Source: an uncultured Holdemania sp.
GTDB lineage: Bacteria > Bacillota_I > Bacilli_A > Erysipelotrichales > Erysipelotrichaceae
Assembly: GCA_947037125.1 (NCBI GenBank)
Contig: CAMQTJ010000006.1
Coordinates: forward strand, 8 to 64,007
Direction: 5' to 3'
Length of the DNA: 64,000 bases
This document shows, piece by piece, positions 37,592 to 46,975 of the stretch; the first letter of the stretch is position 1; each line of letters begins with the position of its first letter. The notes beneath the pieces were generated by a model, which did not search any database, was not told the DNA's origin, and saw nothing but the letters and a program-made list of their open reading frames with translations. The translations under genes and the position numbers were made by a program.

Positions 37592-37856
37592 TATTAAAAA
37601 AAACTCATCCTATATAAAGGACGAGTTATCGTGTTACCACCTTAGTTTTAAACTATTTCACAATAGTTTACTTATCAGGTACAAACCAACTATACCCTAG
37701 CGCTTTAACGGGCGCACACGTTGTAGCCTAACAATAAATTGTTTCGGTACACGATTCCAAGACCATTTTCTATTTACAATAACTTACCTATTTTCAGCAA
37801 ACAAGGCTCTCTTTGAAGTATTAATAAATATACTTTTCTCTTCACTATCTTTAATA
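37592..37856 (-). promoter_or_regulatory. T-box riboswitch leader of metNIQ
   Basis: Minus-strand RNA contains stem I elements (GAAGAGA, AGAGAG, GCUGAAAA), the T-box sequence AAACUAAGGUGGUAACACG (about 37632-37650), and the terminator AACUCGUCC-UUUAUAUA-GGAUGAGUU plus U8 (37596-37627). The candidate specifier is in GAAAAUGG (AUG Met; AAU not excluded). Confidence 0.8.
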
Positions 37857-37862
37857 AACTAA

Positions 37863-37890
37863 ATTATATACCATTTAAAGTATATGTCAA
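37863..37890 (-). promoter_or_regulatory. Consensus sigma-A promoter of the T-box/metNIQ transcript
   Basis: Minus strand TTGACA, 16-nt spacer, TATAAT. Confidence 0.65.
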
Positions 37891-37960
37891 TATGTTTCTG
37901 AAATATTTTTCATTAACCAATCATTTATTTCATTAATTAACAAAATCAATTATTATAAGA

Positions 37961-38377
37961 TTAAATATTTTCAACATCAATAACTTTAATTCCATTATCA
38001 ATTAGTAATTTTGCAAATATACCATGACCTTTAATTAATTTTCCACTAAAACTACCATCATATATTTTATCAATGCCACAACTAGGACTTCTTGATTGAA
38101 GAATAACTAAATCAACACTTTCTTCTTTCTCGATACAAATACATTTATTTGCACCACAAACAAATTCAGCATTCACATTTATTCCTTTACAATTAATTAC
38201 TTTACCATCAACTATCTCACATGGGTCACGTGGTATTTTTAATCCACCAATAACTTCAGGACATACCTTAATAATCGTGTGACCTTTACAATAATCAATA
38301 AGTTTTTGACTATAATTATTGCAACCATTATATTTACAGTTTTCACCCAATAGACAAGCACTTATCATAATTTTCAT
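37961..38377 (-). CDS. DUF523 family protein (TudS-like Cys-rich)
   Basis: N-terminal ISACLLGENCKYNG, later PEVIGGL and SPSCG cysteine motifs characteristic of DUF523. Confidence 0.7.
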   Translation of the reverse strand: MKIMISACLLGENCKYNGCNNYSQKLIDYCKGHTIIKVCPEVIGGLKIPRDPCEIVDGKVINCKGINVNAEFVCGANKCICIEKEESVDLVILQSRSPSCGIDKIYDGSFSGKLIKGHGIFAKLLIDNGIKVIDVENI

Positions 38378-38419
38378 ATCTATACCTCTATTTCACACTT
38401 TAAAAACTTCATTAAATTA

Positions 38420-40993
38420 TTAATCAATAAATTTTTTATTATTAATTTTATTAAATACAAATAGTAAAACAAACCCTAAAATAGAAAGTATTGTACCTAC
38501 AATTAATCCTTTAGGAATAAAATAGGTTTCTATTGTATGTGTTCCTGCTTCAATACCAAAACCTATAAATCCATTATTAACTTTAAAGTAATCAACTTTT
38601 TCTCCATCAACTAAAACATTCCACCCCTCATCATAAGGTATTGATGTGAAAATATATTTATCATTTAATATTTCTATTTCACCATCGATTGAATTAGAAT
38701 CGTGAATTATATTTTTTAAAGATTCATCAATTAAACTATTATAAATATCATCATACCATAGCATATCATCATAGTATAATTTAAATCCACTAGTCAAATA
38801 AGCTTCAAAGGTAGCCATATCACTATTCAAATTAACAGCAAAATATCCCTTATCTCCATTAACCGCATTTTCATAAATTAAATTACCTGATGCATCTTTA
38901 ATAAAGATGCCACCTGCTGCATTTGAAGCGAATTCTATATATAATATACCAGAATCATACTCTGAAATATCTTTATAACAAGAAGTTTTACCATCATCCA
39001 AAATTAGTTTTGGCAGTTTTATATCAAATATTTCATTTTCACTGTCATCAAAAACCAAATAATTAGACATAATATAATCTTGAACTAAAATACTTTGCTT
39101 ATTAAATATTTCTGTTGATATAGTTTTATCCATCGCAAACATAACTGGTAAAAAATAACTGTTTTGATATATATCAATGTTATCCACAGTCATATAATAT
39201 TCATAACCATATTCCGCTATATCTTTATGCATAGAATGACTACCATAAGGATAATCAAATTCTTGACCACCATAAGAAAACCAATACTTACTAGACAACA
39301 TATTTTTAACTAATGTTTTACCTCTTTGTGGATTGAATAACCATCCTTGTTCATTGGCAAATCGACCTTTAATAAATTCACTTTGATTATAATTATAAAC
39401 TGAATGATATGTGTTAAATGATTTATAATCATCTTTAATTGCATCATTTATTCCAAACGGAAACAAGGTTGCAATATCTACACGATAAAAAGCATCATCT
39501 TTTTCATTAATAGCATTAATTACTTCATTTTCACCAAGATTCATTTGTTCAAAAGTTTCATTATTTAAAGGATAGTTACTTGAATCAAGATTATAAAGAA
39601 TGTTATACATCGATAGTCCAATCTCAAAACACAAAACAACATACAACAAATATTTCATTTTTTGATAATTAAGCGATATAACTAAATACATAATAATAAA
39701 TATAATCAAGAAAAAACTATTTCTTATTATAATATCCCATCCCCAAAACTCAGGACTAAAATTAAATATATTAGTTATAAAAAGACAACTAACAATTAAA
39801 GCACTTGCTAAAAAACTACTAATAACGAACATTTTCTTATTTATAAGCTTAAAATTACTTATTACATGGGCAACTAGCATCGCATTGATAAATGAAAATA
39901 CTACCATCCATCTTGTTTCATAACTATTATTGAATATATAATAAAAAATATTAAAACAAGAAAAGAAACCATAAAGACCATATAATATTAATAAAGATTT
40001 TTTCATTACACAATTTTTTAAGCTTAAAAATAAAGGGACACACCAAACAAATAAAATCATTGAGTAATTATTCATCCCACCATTGTAACTAATACCTGGA
40101 TGAACTGTTGTATTAATAAAATAATTCGCATTAGCTCTCCAATCATTTACAGGATTAATAAATGAAGTTATGAAGCGGTATAAATTAAATCTACCAATAC
40201 TATCAAAATTCAAAACCATATCACTAGTTCTTGGATTATTTGCCATAGCATACATACTAGGTAATAAAATAAACATAGCAATTAATATAGAAATTATTAA
40301 AATACCAATATAAATTCCAACTTTAATAAAAAACTCTTTAAATTTAAATTCCACTAAATTATCTCCAATATATCGACAAAGCAAATATATTGATATAAAA
40401 AATAAGAAAATATACAAAAAATAGTAATTAATAACACCAATTATGGCAATACTTAATGAGAATCCTAATACTTTTTTCTCTTTTAAAAATACTTCCGCAA
40501 AATATAAAGCAAGAGGTATAAATATTACAACATCTAAAAAATGAGTTGAATAAATATGCATCATAAAACCAGAAAATGTAATGATTAAAGCGCCAATACT
40601 ACTAGAAAATTTAGAGTTATTTAATTTATGCAGCCACATGTAAGAGAAAATAGTGCACAACATTGATTTAATAATAGTAAGTGTTAAGAAAAAATATGGA
40701 ATCATCTCTTTTTTAGGTAAAAGCATAGCCAAATAATAAAATGGTGATCCCACTGTCAAAAAACTATTACCTCCATAATAATTAGCACCTAAAAAATTAG
40801 ACCAATCCCAAAAAGGTAATTGCCCTTCTCTTATTCGTGTCCATCCTTGTAAGTATATTTTCAAAACCTGTTCAGATGAATCACCTGCAAATATCCACAT
40901 ATGATCATTAAATAATATAAATGGTAGATATACCAAAAATACAATCAAAAGCGCAATACATAAATACTTATGTTTTTTTATAATATTAGCCAT
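38420..40993 (-). CDS. YfhO-family polytopic membrane glycosyl transfer protein
   Basis: 857 aa. N-terminal DSSEQ...Y..GW......G..PFWDW....G and many TM helices, a large extracytoplasmic C-terminal domain and a final TM. Confidence 0.8.
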   Translation of the reverse strand: MANIIKKHKYLCIALLIVFLVYLPFILFNDHMWIFAGDSSEQVLKIYLQGWTRIREGQLPFWDWSNFLGANYYGGNSFLTVGSPFYYLAMLLPKKEMIPYFFLTLTIIKSMLCTIFSYMWLHKLNNSKFSSSIGALIITFSGFMMHIYSTHFLDVVIFIPLALYFAEVFLKEKKVLGFSLSIAIIGVINYYFLYIFLFFISIYLLCRYIGDNLVEFKFKEFFIKVGIYIGILIISILIAMFILLPSMYAMANNPRTSDMVLNFDSIGRFNLYRFITSFINPVNDWRANANYFINTTVHPGISYNGGMNNYSMILFVWCVPLFLSLKNCVMKKSLLILYGLYGFFSCFNIFYYIFNNSYETRWMVVFSFINAMLVAHVISNFKLINKKMFVISSFLASALIVSCLFITNIFNFSPEFWGWDIIIRNSFFLIIFIIMYLVISLNYQKMKYLLYVVLCFEIGLSMYNILYNLDSSNYPLNNETFEQMNLGENEVINAINEKDDAFYRVDIATLFPFGINDAIKDDYKSFNTYHSVYNYNQSEFIKGRFANEQGWLFNPQRGKTLVKNMLSSKYWFSYGGQEFDYPYGSHSMHKDIAEYGYEYYMTVDNIDIYQNSYFLPVMFAMDKTISTEIFNKQSILVQDYIMSNYLVFDDSENEIFDIKLPKLILDDGKTSCYKDISEYDSGILYIEFASNAAGGIFIKDASGNLIYENAVNGDKGYFAVNLNSDMATFEAYLTSGFKLYYDDMLWYDDIYNSLIDESLKNIIHDSNSIDGEIEILNDKYIFTSIPYDEGWNVLVDGEKVDYFKVNNGFIGFGIEAGTHTIETYFIPKGLIVGTILSILGFVLLFVFNKINNKKFID

Positions 40994-41192
40994 ACTTAAT
41001 AACTCCTTATTCTAAACTACTTTTAATTTTTACAAAAAATAAAGTGAATAAATCAATAAATCCAATATATTATAAATAATGGCTTTACTAATTATATTTC
41101 ACTTTATTGTTATAAAATCTAAAAGATTTTCAACTAATTTTAATATCTAATAAATCTTATTGTAAACTTCTTTAAATATTTAAACACCTATT

Positions 41193-41924
41193 TTATTTAC
41201 ACTCTTTATTATAGTGAGATAAAAAATATTTTTCAATTAACTTTTCATTATAGTTAACAATTAATTCTTGATCCAAACCATATTCATTCGCAATATTTAT
41301 AGAATTTTTAACATTACCTACATTATAACAAATGTGAGCATCAGAATCTAATATTACATTAGCTCGATATTTATTACATAATTCAATAATAGTTTTATAA
41401 TTACCTTTAGCACCTTGACGATAAGCATTAGGATTTAAAGATGATGAATTAATTTCTACTAAAACATCAAATTCTTTTGCAGCTTTAATGACTGTTTCAT
41501 AATCAATTGGGAAACGACTATCGTCAGGATGACCCAAGATAGTAGTATATTGATGTTTCATCGCATTAACGCAAGCTTTAGTATTTAATTCAATACCTAA
41601 AGATTCTATACATGGTGTATGTAAAGATACAATTGTATAATCAAGATTTTTTAAAAATTCATCAGCAATATCAACATTACCATGTTCATCTAAAATATTT
41701 AACTCTACTCCTCTTAGAACAATAACCCCATCAATTATTCTTGGAATTGATACTTGATTAGTTATATGAAAAAGTTGAGGACCACCAGGCATGTTTGGTG
41801 CATGGTCACTTAATCCATAGTACTTTAAGCCAATACTGCTTGCGTGCTTAATGTTTTCACACAGCGAGCTATACGCATGACCACTAGAAATGGTATGTGT
41901 GTGTGCATCTATTAAATTTATCAT
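41193..41924 (-). CDS. PHP-domain phosphatase (YcdX-like)
   Basis: IDAHTHTISSGHAYS, SDHAP, LHTP, GHPD, DSDAH metal-binding histidine/aspartate pattern. The start was set at MINLID, after the ftsZ terminator. Confidence 0.75.
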   Translation of the reverse strand: MINLIDAHTHTISSGHAYSSLCENIKHASSIGLKYYGLSDHAPNMPGGPQLFHITNQVSIPRIIDGVIVLRGVELNILDEHGNVDIADEFLKNLDYTIVSLHTPCIESLGIELNTKACVNAMKHQYTTILGHPDDSRFPIDYETVIKAAKEFDVLVEINSSSLNPNAYRQGAKGNYKTIIELCNKYRANVILDSDAHICYNVGNVKNSINIANEYGLDQELIVNYNEKLIEKYFLSHYNKECK

Positions 41925-41940
41925 TTTTACCCTTTCATAA

Positions 41941-41966
41941 GAAAAAGAAACCAAAGGTTTCTTTTA
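41941..41966 (-). terminator. Hairpin/terminator after ftsZ
   Basis: Minus-strand AAAAGAAACC-UUU-GGUUUCUUUU. Confidence 0.5.
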
Positions 41967-43010
41967 TCTATACCTAAAGAATCTAGGTATATCTCCATCT
42001 TCTTCTACTTCAACATTTTTTTCTACTTTTACAATTTCAGGTGTTTCAGTAACAACTTTTTTAGATTTAATATTCATTGTATCCATATCAAAACCTGTTG
42101 CAATTACTGTAACAATAATTGAGTCACCAATTTTTTCATTGATAGAAACTCCAAATATAACATCAAGATTATCTCCTGCTGCTTCACGAATAAATTCAGC
42201 TGCCTCATTAGCATCTTGTAATGATACAGTAGTACCACCTGTAACATTGATAATTGCTTTTTTAGCACCACTAATTTGTGCCTCTAATAAAGGTGAATGA
42301 ATAGCTTTAGATGCAGCTTCTTGAGCCTTTTTATCACCTTGAGCCATACCAATACCGATTAATGCACATCCTTGATTTTCCATTACTGATTTAACGTCCG
42401 CAAAGTCAAGGTTAATTAATGATGGTACTGCAATTAAATCTGTAACCGTTTGAACTCCTTGACGAAGTACACTATCAGCCTCTTTAAATGCTTCAATTAA
42501 AGGAATATTACCAATAACATTCAATAATTGATCATTTGATACAACAATAAGTGAATCTACATATTCTGATAATTCAGATAAACCATCGATAGCCTGTTCA
42601 GTACGTCTTTTTCCTTCAAATCTGAAAGGTTTAGTAACAATACCAACTGTTAACGCATTCATTTCTTTCGCAATTCTTGCGAAAACAGGAGCTGCACCAG
42701 TTCCTGTTCCACCACCAAGACCTGCTGTGATATAAACCATATCAGCACCTTTGATAGCTTCACGAATAACTTCTTCATTTTCTTCTGCTGCAAGTCTTCC
42801 AACTTCAGGATTTGCACCAGCACCAAGATTACCTAAAATAATCTTATTTTCTACAGGTGACGCTTGTAAAACTTGAAGGTCAGTATTTACAACAAAAAAT
42901 TCAACACCTTGAACACCTTCTTCTACCATTCGGCTAACAGCATTACATCCGCCACCACCAATTCCAAACACTTTTATTTTTGCAACTTGATTAAATTGAA
43001 TTTGACTCAT
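41964..43010 (-). CDS. ftsZ: Cell division protein FtsZ
   Basis: [10 protein letters not shown], tubulin signature [11 protein letters not shown], and the C-terminal DIPRFFR peptide. Confidence 0.95.
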   Translation of the reverse strand: MSQIQFNQVAKIKVFGIGGGGCNAVSRMVEEGVQGVEFFVVNTDLQVLQASPVENKIILGNLGAGANPEVGRLAAEENEEVIREAIKGADMVYITAGLGGGTGTGAAPVFARIAKEMNALTVGIVTKPFRFEGKRRTEQAIDGLSELSEYVDSLIVVSNDQLLNVIGNIPLIEAFKEADSVLRQGVQTVTDLIAVPSLINLDFADVKSVMENQGCALIGIGMAQGDKKAQEAASKAIHSPLLEAQISGAKKAIINVTGGTTVSLQDANEAAEFIREAAGDNLDVIFGVSINEKIGDSIIVTVIATGFDMDTMNIKSKKVVTETPEIVKVEKNVEVEEDGDIPRFFRYR

Positions 43011-43024
43011 ATTTTTCTCCCTTT

Positions 43025-44284
43025 TTAATTATTTTTGCTATCAAATAGCATCGTCTTTAATTTATTTGTTAAGGTATTTTCCTCATCAGCTTTAAGCGGT
43101 TTATACTGAACAGTTTCCATAAATTGATCCATATCCATACTATTAACTTCAGGATTTAGTAATAAATGTAAATCAGCATAAGCATAAAATAAACCTAAGC
43201 AGCTTGATAAAGTAGCACTTCTAACTCCTAATGTTTCTGGAGTATATTTTTTTACTGCACAAGTTAGTTTTTGTTTAATATACTCTTCTATACCAACAAT
43301 TTCTGTACCTTCACCTGTTACTATAATTTGTGTTGGACCACTATCTATAATTGGTGTACAAACTTCGTTCAACATTTCAATCCACTCATCACAAACTTTC
43401 GCAATTGATTCGCTAAGTTGTAATTCTGAAATAGTTGCAGTTTCACCATTATTAGCCCAAATATAAATAGGACTATTAACACATTGCTTAATATCTAATT
43501 TAGCATTGTATTTACAAAGTCTTGTAGCTACATCAAGCGGTAATTTATAATGATCACAAATTTTCCCAACCCATTCACCAAAACCTTTTTCAATAACTTC
43601 ACAATTTTGAAAACGTCCATTTTTAATAAGTGCAAATGTTGTTGATCCACGTTCTAATTTTAATACTACTACATTTTGACTAACCGATTGTTCAAATAAA
43701 CAAGCTTCCTTCGCAATAGCAAAGCTATCTAAACTAATGTCAATAACTTCAACACCAGCTCTTTCAACGCATTGTGCATATTCAAAAGCAATTTTTTTAT
43801 CAGCACATAATAAATCAATATGAACATTTAAGTCATCACTAACTTCTCCAAGAGGCATTCTGCGACTTGTGATTCCATTAGTTGTATACTTAACACATAT
43901 TGCATTAATTAAGGCTAACTTATCATCTATCTCAGTTAACATAGCTTTATTGATTGCATTTTTGATATCCAAAATCGTTATTTTTTTGTCAATCGAATTA
44001 TTTTTTACATTTACTTTTACAGGTATTCTAATAGCATTAACTGACGGAATGCTTAGTAACACCTTTTCAATTTTTGCTCCAATTTTATTTGAAGCATTAT
44101 CAACAGCTTTTTTAATAGCTTCAGTAATGGATTTATCATTTGTGATATGTAGATTACTTAAACCTGATACCTCTACTCTTTCAACTTTTATTACATTAAA
44201 ACGAGTATTATAAAATTCTCCTACTATTAAACGAATCTCATGATCCGCTATTTCAAGAGCTGCGAAAATTTGTTTATTATTCAC
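43025..44284 (-). CDS. ftsA: Cell division protein FtsA
   Basis: Actin-like ATPase blocks (ALEIADHEIRL, VTGEGT), located immediately upstream of ftsZ. Confidence 0.9.
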   Translation of the reverse strand: MNNKQIFAALEIADHEIRLIVGEFYNTRFNVIKVERVEVSGLSNLHITNDKSITEAIKKAVDNASNKIGAKIEKVLLSIPSVNAIRIPVKVNVKNNSIDKKITILDIKNAINKAMLTEIDDKLALINAICVKYTTNGITSRRMPLGEVSDDLNVHIDLLCADKKIAFEYAQCVERAGVEVIDISLDSFAIAKEACLFEQSVSQNVVVLKLERGSTTFALIKNGRFQNCEVIEKGFGEWVGKICDHYKLPLDVATRLCKYNAKLDIKQCVNSPIYIWANNGETATISELQLSESIAKVCDEWIEMLNEVCTPIIDSGPTQIIVTGEGTEIVGIEEYIKQKLTCAVKKYTPETLGVRSATLSSCLGLFYAYADLHLLLNPEVNSMDMDQFMETVQYKPLKADEENTLTNKLKTMLFDSKNN

Positions 44285-44456
44285 AACAAAACCCTCCTAG
44301 CCATATACATCTATAATATTAACATACTAGACCATTATATTATAGTATTTTCTTTTTAATTTGACACATTACAAACAAACTAAATAAAATTTATACAATA
44401 AATAAGCCATTTTTACTTATGTATTAAAAAAAAAAAAAAATTTACTACAATAATAG

Positions 44457-44485
44457 TTGCAAAAACAATACAGACGTGTTATTAT
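44457..44485 (+). promoter_or_regulatory. Sigma-A promoter of rpmB
   Basis: TTGCAA (44457-44462), 17-nt spacer, TGtTATTAT extended -10 (44477-44485). The RBS GGGAGG precedes the ATG at 44524. Confidence 0.55.
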
Positions 44486-44523
44486 TTTTAGGCGATATAT
44501 AAACAAAGAAGGGAGGTTACGGT

Positions 44524-44715
44524 ATGTCAAGAGTTTGTGCCGTATCTGGAAAGAAAGCTTTATCTGGTAATAGACGTTCACATTCATTACACGCTACGCG
44601 TCGTAAATGGAATGTAAACTTACAAACAGTTAAGGTGATGGTTGATGGGAAACCCCAAAGAATCCGTATTTCTGCCCGTGCTTTAAAAACATTAAAAGCT
44701 CAACAAAACGGTTAA
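44524..44715 (+). CDS. rpmB: 50S ribosomal protein L28
   Basis: [34 protein letters not shown]. Confidence 0.95.
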   Translation: MSRVCAVSGKKALSGNRRSHSLHATRRKWNVNLQTVKVMVDGKPQRIRISARALKTLKAQQNG

Positions 44716-44744
44716 AAAAAAGAGTCGAAAGGCTCTTTTTTTTT
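44714..44744 (+). terminator. Terminator after rpmB (bidirectional shape)
   Basis: A8-AGAGTC-GAAA-GGCTCT-T9. Confidence 0.8.
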
Positions 44745-44808
44745 ATGGCTTATCAATACAGCTTAATTTATAGCCTATTTAAGCATTAATAAACATTCAA
44801 ATAAAAAT

Positions 44809-44842
44809 AAAAAAAGACAATAGTGATCAAATCAAAATTGTC
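44809..44842 (-). terminator. Terminator after the thiamine diphosphokinase gene
   Basis: Minus-strand GACAAT ... ATTGTC stem followed by U7. Confidence 0.55.
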
Positions 44843-44853
44843 AGATATAAATT

Positions 44854-45459
44854 TTACCTATCATTACTTAAAACGCACAATAACAAACCATTAACACTAA
44901 CTGTGCAATCATCAAATATAATTTCATTAGATAATCCTAAACGATTATCTTTTTTTAATACAAATTTATTCAATAAATACTTAGTCTTTTCTAATGTTAT
45001 AACAACATCTTCTAATGAAAAAAATGAAATGTACTTATATCCATCTTTTAATATAGTATGTTTTCCACTATCTAAAATAAATAAATGATTTAAATCATCT
45101 ATAATATGCAAATACTTATGATATTGTTTAAGTAACATCAAATTAACATAACTATGATCAAAACGATCTTGAATACCACCTATCATTACAATTTTATCAT
45201 ATCCTAACTCAATTGCATAATTAATTGCCAGTTCACTATCCGAATAATTTTTAATGGGATCATGTCGTATAACATTATCACAAAACTCTAACACTTGTTT
45301 ATATTGGTCATTTGTCACCGAATCAAAATCACCAACACATGCAATCATTTGATAATTATTTTTAGCACATAAAAAAGCTCCTTTATCAACACCGATAAAG
45401 TCACTATTATTAGGTGGTAATTTATTCGCATTAGTTAAAACTAAATAACACTGTTTCAC
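44854..45459 (-). CDS. thiN: Thiamine diphosphokinase
   Basis: GDFDS motif, a K.YSDSELA block, and the conserved position after rpe. Confidence 0.8.
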   Translation of the reverse strand: MKQCYLVLTNANKLPPNNSDFIGVDKGAFLCAKNNYQMIACVGDFDSVTNDQYKQVLEFCDNVIRHDPIKNYSDSELAINYAIELGYDKIVMIGGIQDRFDHSYVNLMLLKQYHKYLHIIDDLNHLFILDSGKHTILKDGYKYISFFSLEDVVITLEKTKYLLNKFVLKKDNRLGLSNEIIFDDCTVSVNGLLLCVLSNDR

Positions 45460-46103
45460 AATAAAGAATCAACCATTTCATTTATATCATTTTTAAAAAT
45501 ATAACTACCTGCAACTAAAACATCACACCCTACTTCACGACATTTTTTACCATTTTCATAATTAATACCACCATCAACTTCAATTAGAATATCCATAGAT
45601 AATTGATTAATAATTTTTTTGATCTGTTGTATTTTTAAAACTGCTCTTTCATCAAATTTTTGTCCACCAAAACCTGGTTGAACCGACATAACTAAAATCA
45701 AATCAAAATATTTTATTAAATGTTCAATTTTATTCACATCTGTATCAGGCTTGATACTCAAACCAACTTTTGTATTTGTTGCTTTTACATAATTAGCCAG
45801 TTCAATGATTTTTTCATCATTTTTCATTGCCTCATAATGAAAAGTATAATAATTTGCACCCGCCTCAATAAAGTCTTTGGCGTATTTAAAAGGATCTTGA
45901 ATCATTACATGTACATCCATTATCAAATCAGAAGATTTTTTTATTCCCTTTAAAATATCTGTTCCAAATGAAATATTATTTACAAATACCCCATCCATTA
46001 CATCAAAATGTATCCACTTTGCATTTGAGTTATTTAATTGCTCAATGCTTTTTTTAGTATCCGAAAAATCCATAGATAAAACTGAAGGCGCAACAATATT
46101 CAT
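45456..46103 (-). CDS. rpe: Ribulose-phosphate 3-epimerase
   Basis: APS.LS.DF, HFDVMDG.FV.N, MSV.PGFGGQKF, DGGI. Confidence 0.95.
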   Translation of the reverse strand: MNIVAPSVLSMDFSDTKKSIEQLNNSNAKWIHFDVMDGVFVNNISFGTDILKGIKKSSDLIMDVHVMIQDPFKYAKDFIEAGANYYTFHYEAMKNDEKIIELANYVKATNTKVGLSIKPDTDVNKIEHLIKYFDLILVMSVQPGFGGQKFDERAVLKIQQIKKIINQLSMDILIEVDGGINYENGKKCREVGCDVLVAGSYIFKNDINEMVDSLL

Positions 46104-46966
46104 TAGTATTTCTCCTTTTTATTCATAACAATTTTTAATACATCAATATAATTAATATAACGTATTTTAGATACAGTTTTAGCTTCAACACCCTCTTTAA
46201 TCGCACAATTAGGTTCATTATGGTGCTTACAATCCCTAAACTTACAATTATCACGATGCCCATTAAAATCACTAACAGCAGCCTCTACTTCAGTAACATT
46301 CATAAATTCAAAGTCAAGTGAAGAAAAACCTGGTGTATCTGCTACATAACCATCACAAACTTTAAAAAGCTGTGTATGTCTTGTAGTATGCTTACCACGC
46401 CCTAAAGCCTTAGAAATTGGCTGTGTGTGGATTTCGAAATCAGTATTGTAAGTATTAATTAAAGTTGACTTGCCAGCGCCACTTTGCCCTGTTAATACTG
46501 TAATTTTATCTTTGAATAATTCAATTAATTCTAAGTTTTTAACACCTTTAGTAGCACAAATAATTTTATAACCACTTTTTCTATAATCATCAATATATCT
46601 ATTAACCCTAACCAAATCTTTATCACACTTATCAAGTTTTGTAACAACAATAATAGGCTTGATATTAGCATGATTTACAAGTATGCACAAACGGTCGATC
46701 AACTGACATGAAAAATCTGGCTCGACAGCCGACATTATAATCATAGCTTGATCAACATTAGCAATCATCGGTCTTATCATTTCATTAGTTCTTGGTAATA
46801 TTTTTTGTATACCATATTGACTATCAAACTTTTCAAACTCGACAAAATCCCCAACTACAATTTGTTTTTGTAGACGTATTTTACCCATAGCAACGCATTT
46901 GATAGCTTCATTTTCATACAAAACTTCAAATTGATTCGATATAATCTTAACAACTCTTCCTACCAT
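46103..46966 (-). CDS. rsgA: Ribosome small-subunit-dependent GTPase A (canonical copy)
   Basis: VTKLD, GQSGAGKSTLIN, DTPGF, CKFRDCKHHNEPNCA. It is in the conserved prkC-rsgA-rpe context. Confidence 0.9.
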   Translation of the reverse strand: MVGRVVKIISNQFEVLYENEAIKCVAMGKIRLQKQIVVGDFVEFEKFDSQYGIQKILPRTNEMIRPMIANVDQAMIIMSAVEPDFSCQLIDRLCILVNHANIKPIIVVTKLDKCDKDLVRVNRYIDDYRKSGYKIICATKGVKNLELIELFKDKITVLTGQSGAGKSTLINTYNTDFEIHTQPISKALGRGKHTTRHTQLFKVCDGYVADTPGFSSLDFEFMNVTEVEAAVSDFNGHRDNCKFRDCKHHNEPNCAIKEGVEAKTVSKIRYINYIDVLKIVMNKKEKY

Positions 46967-46975
46967 CTTTTTCTC

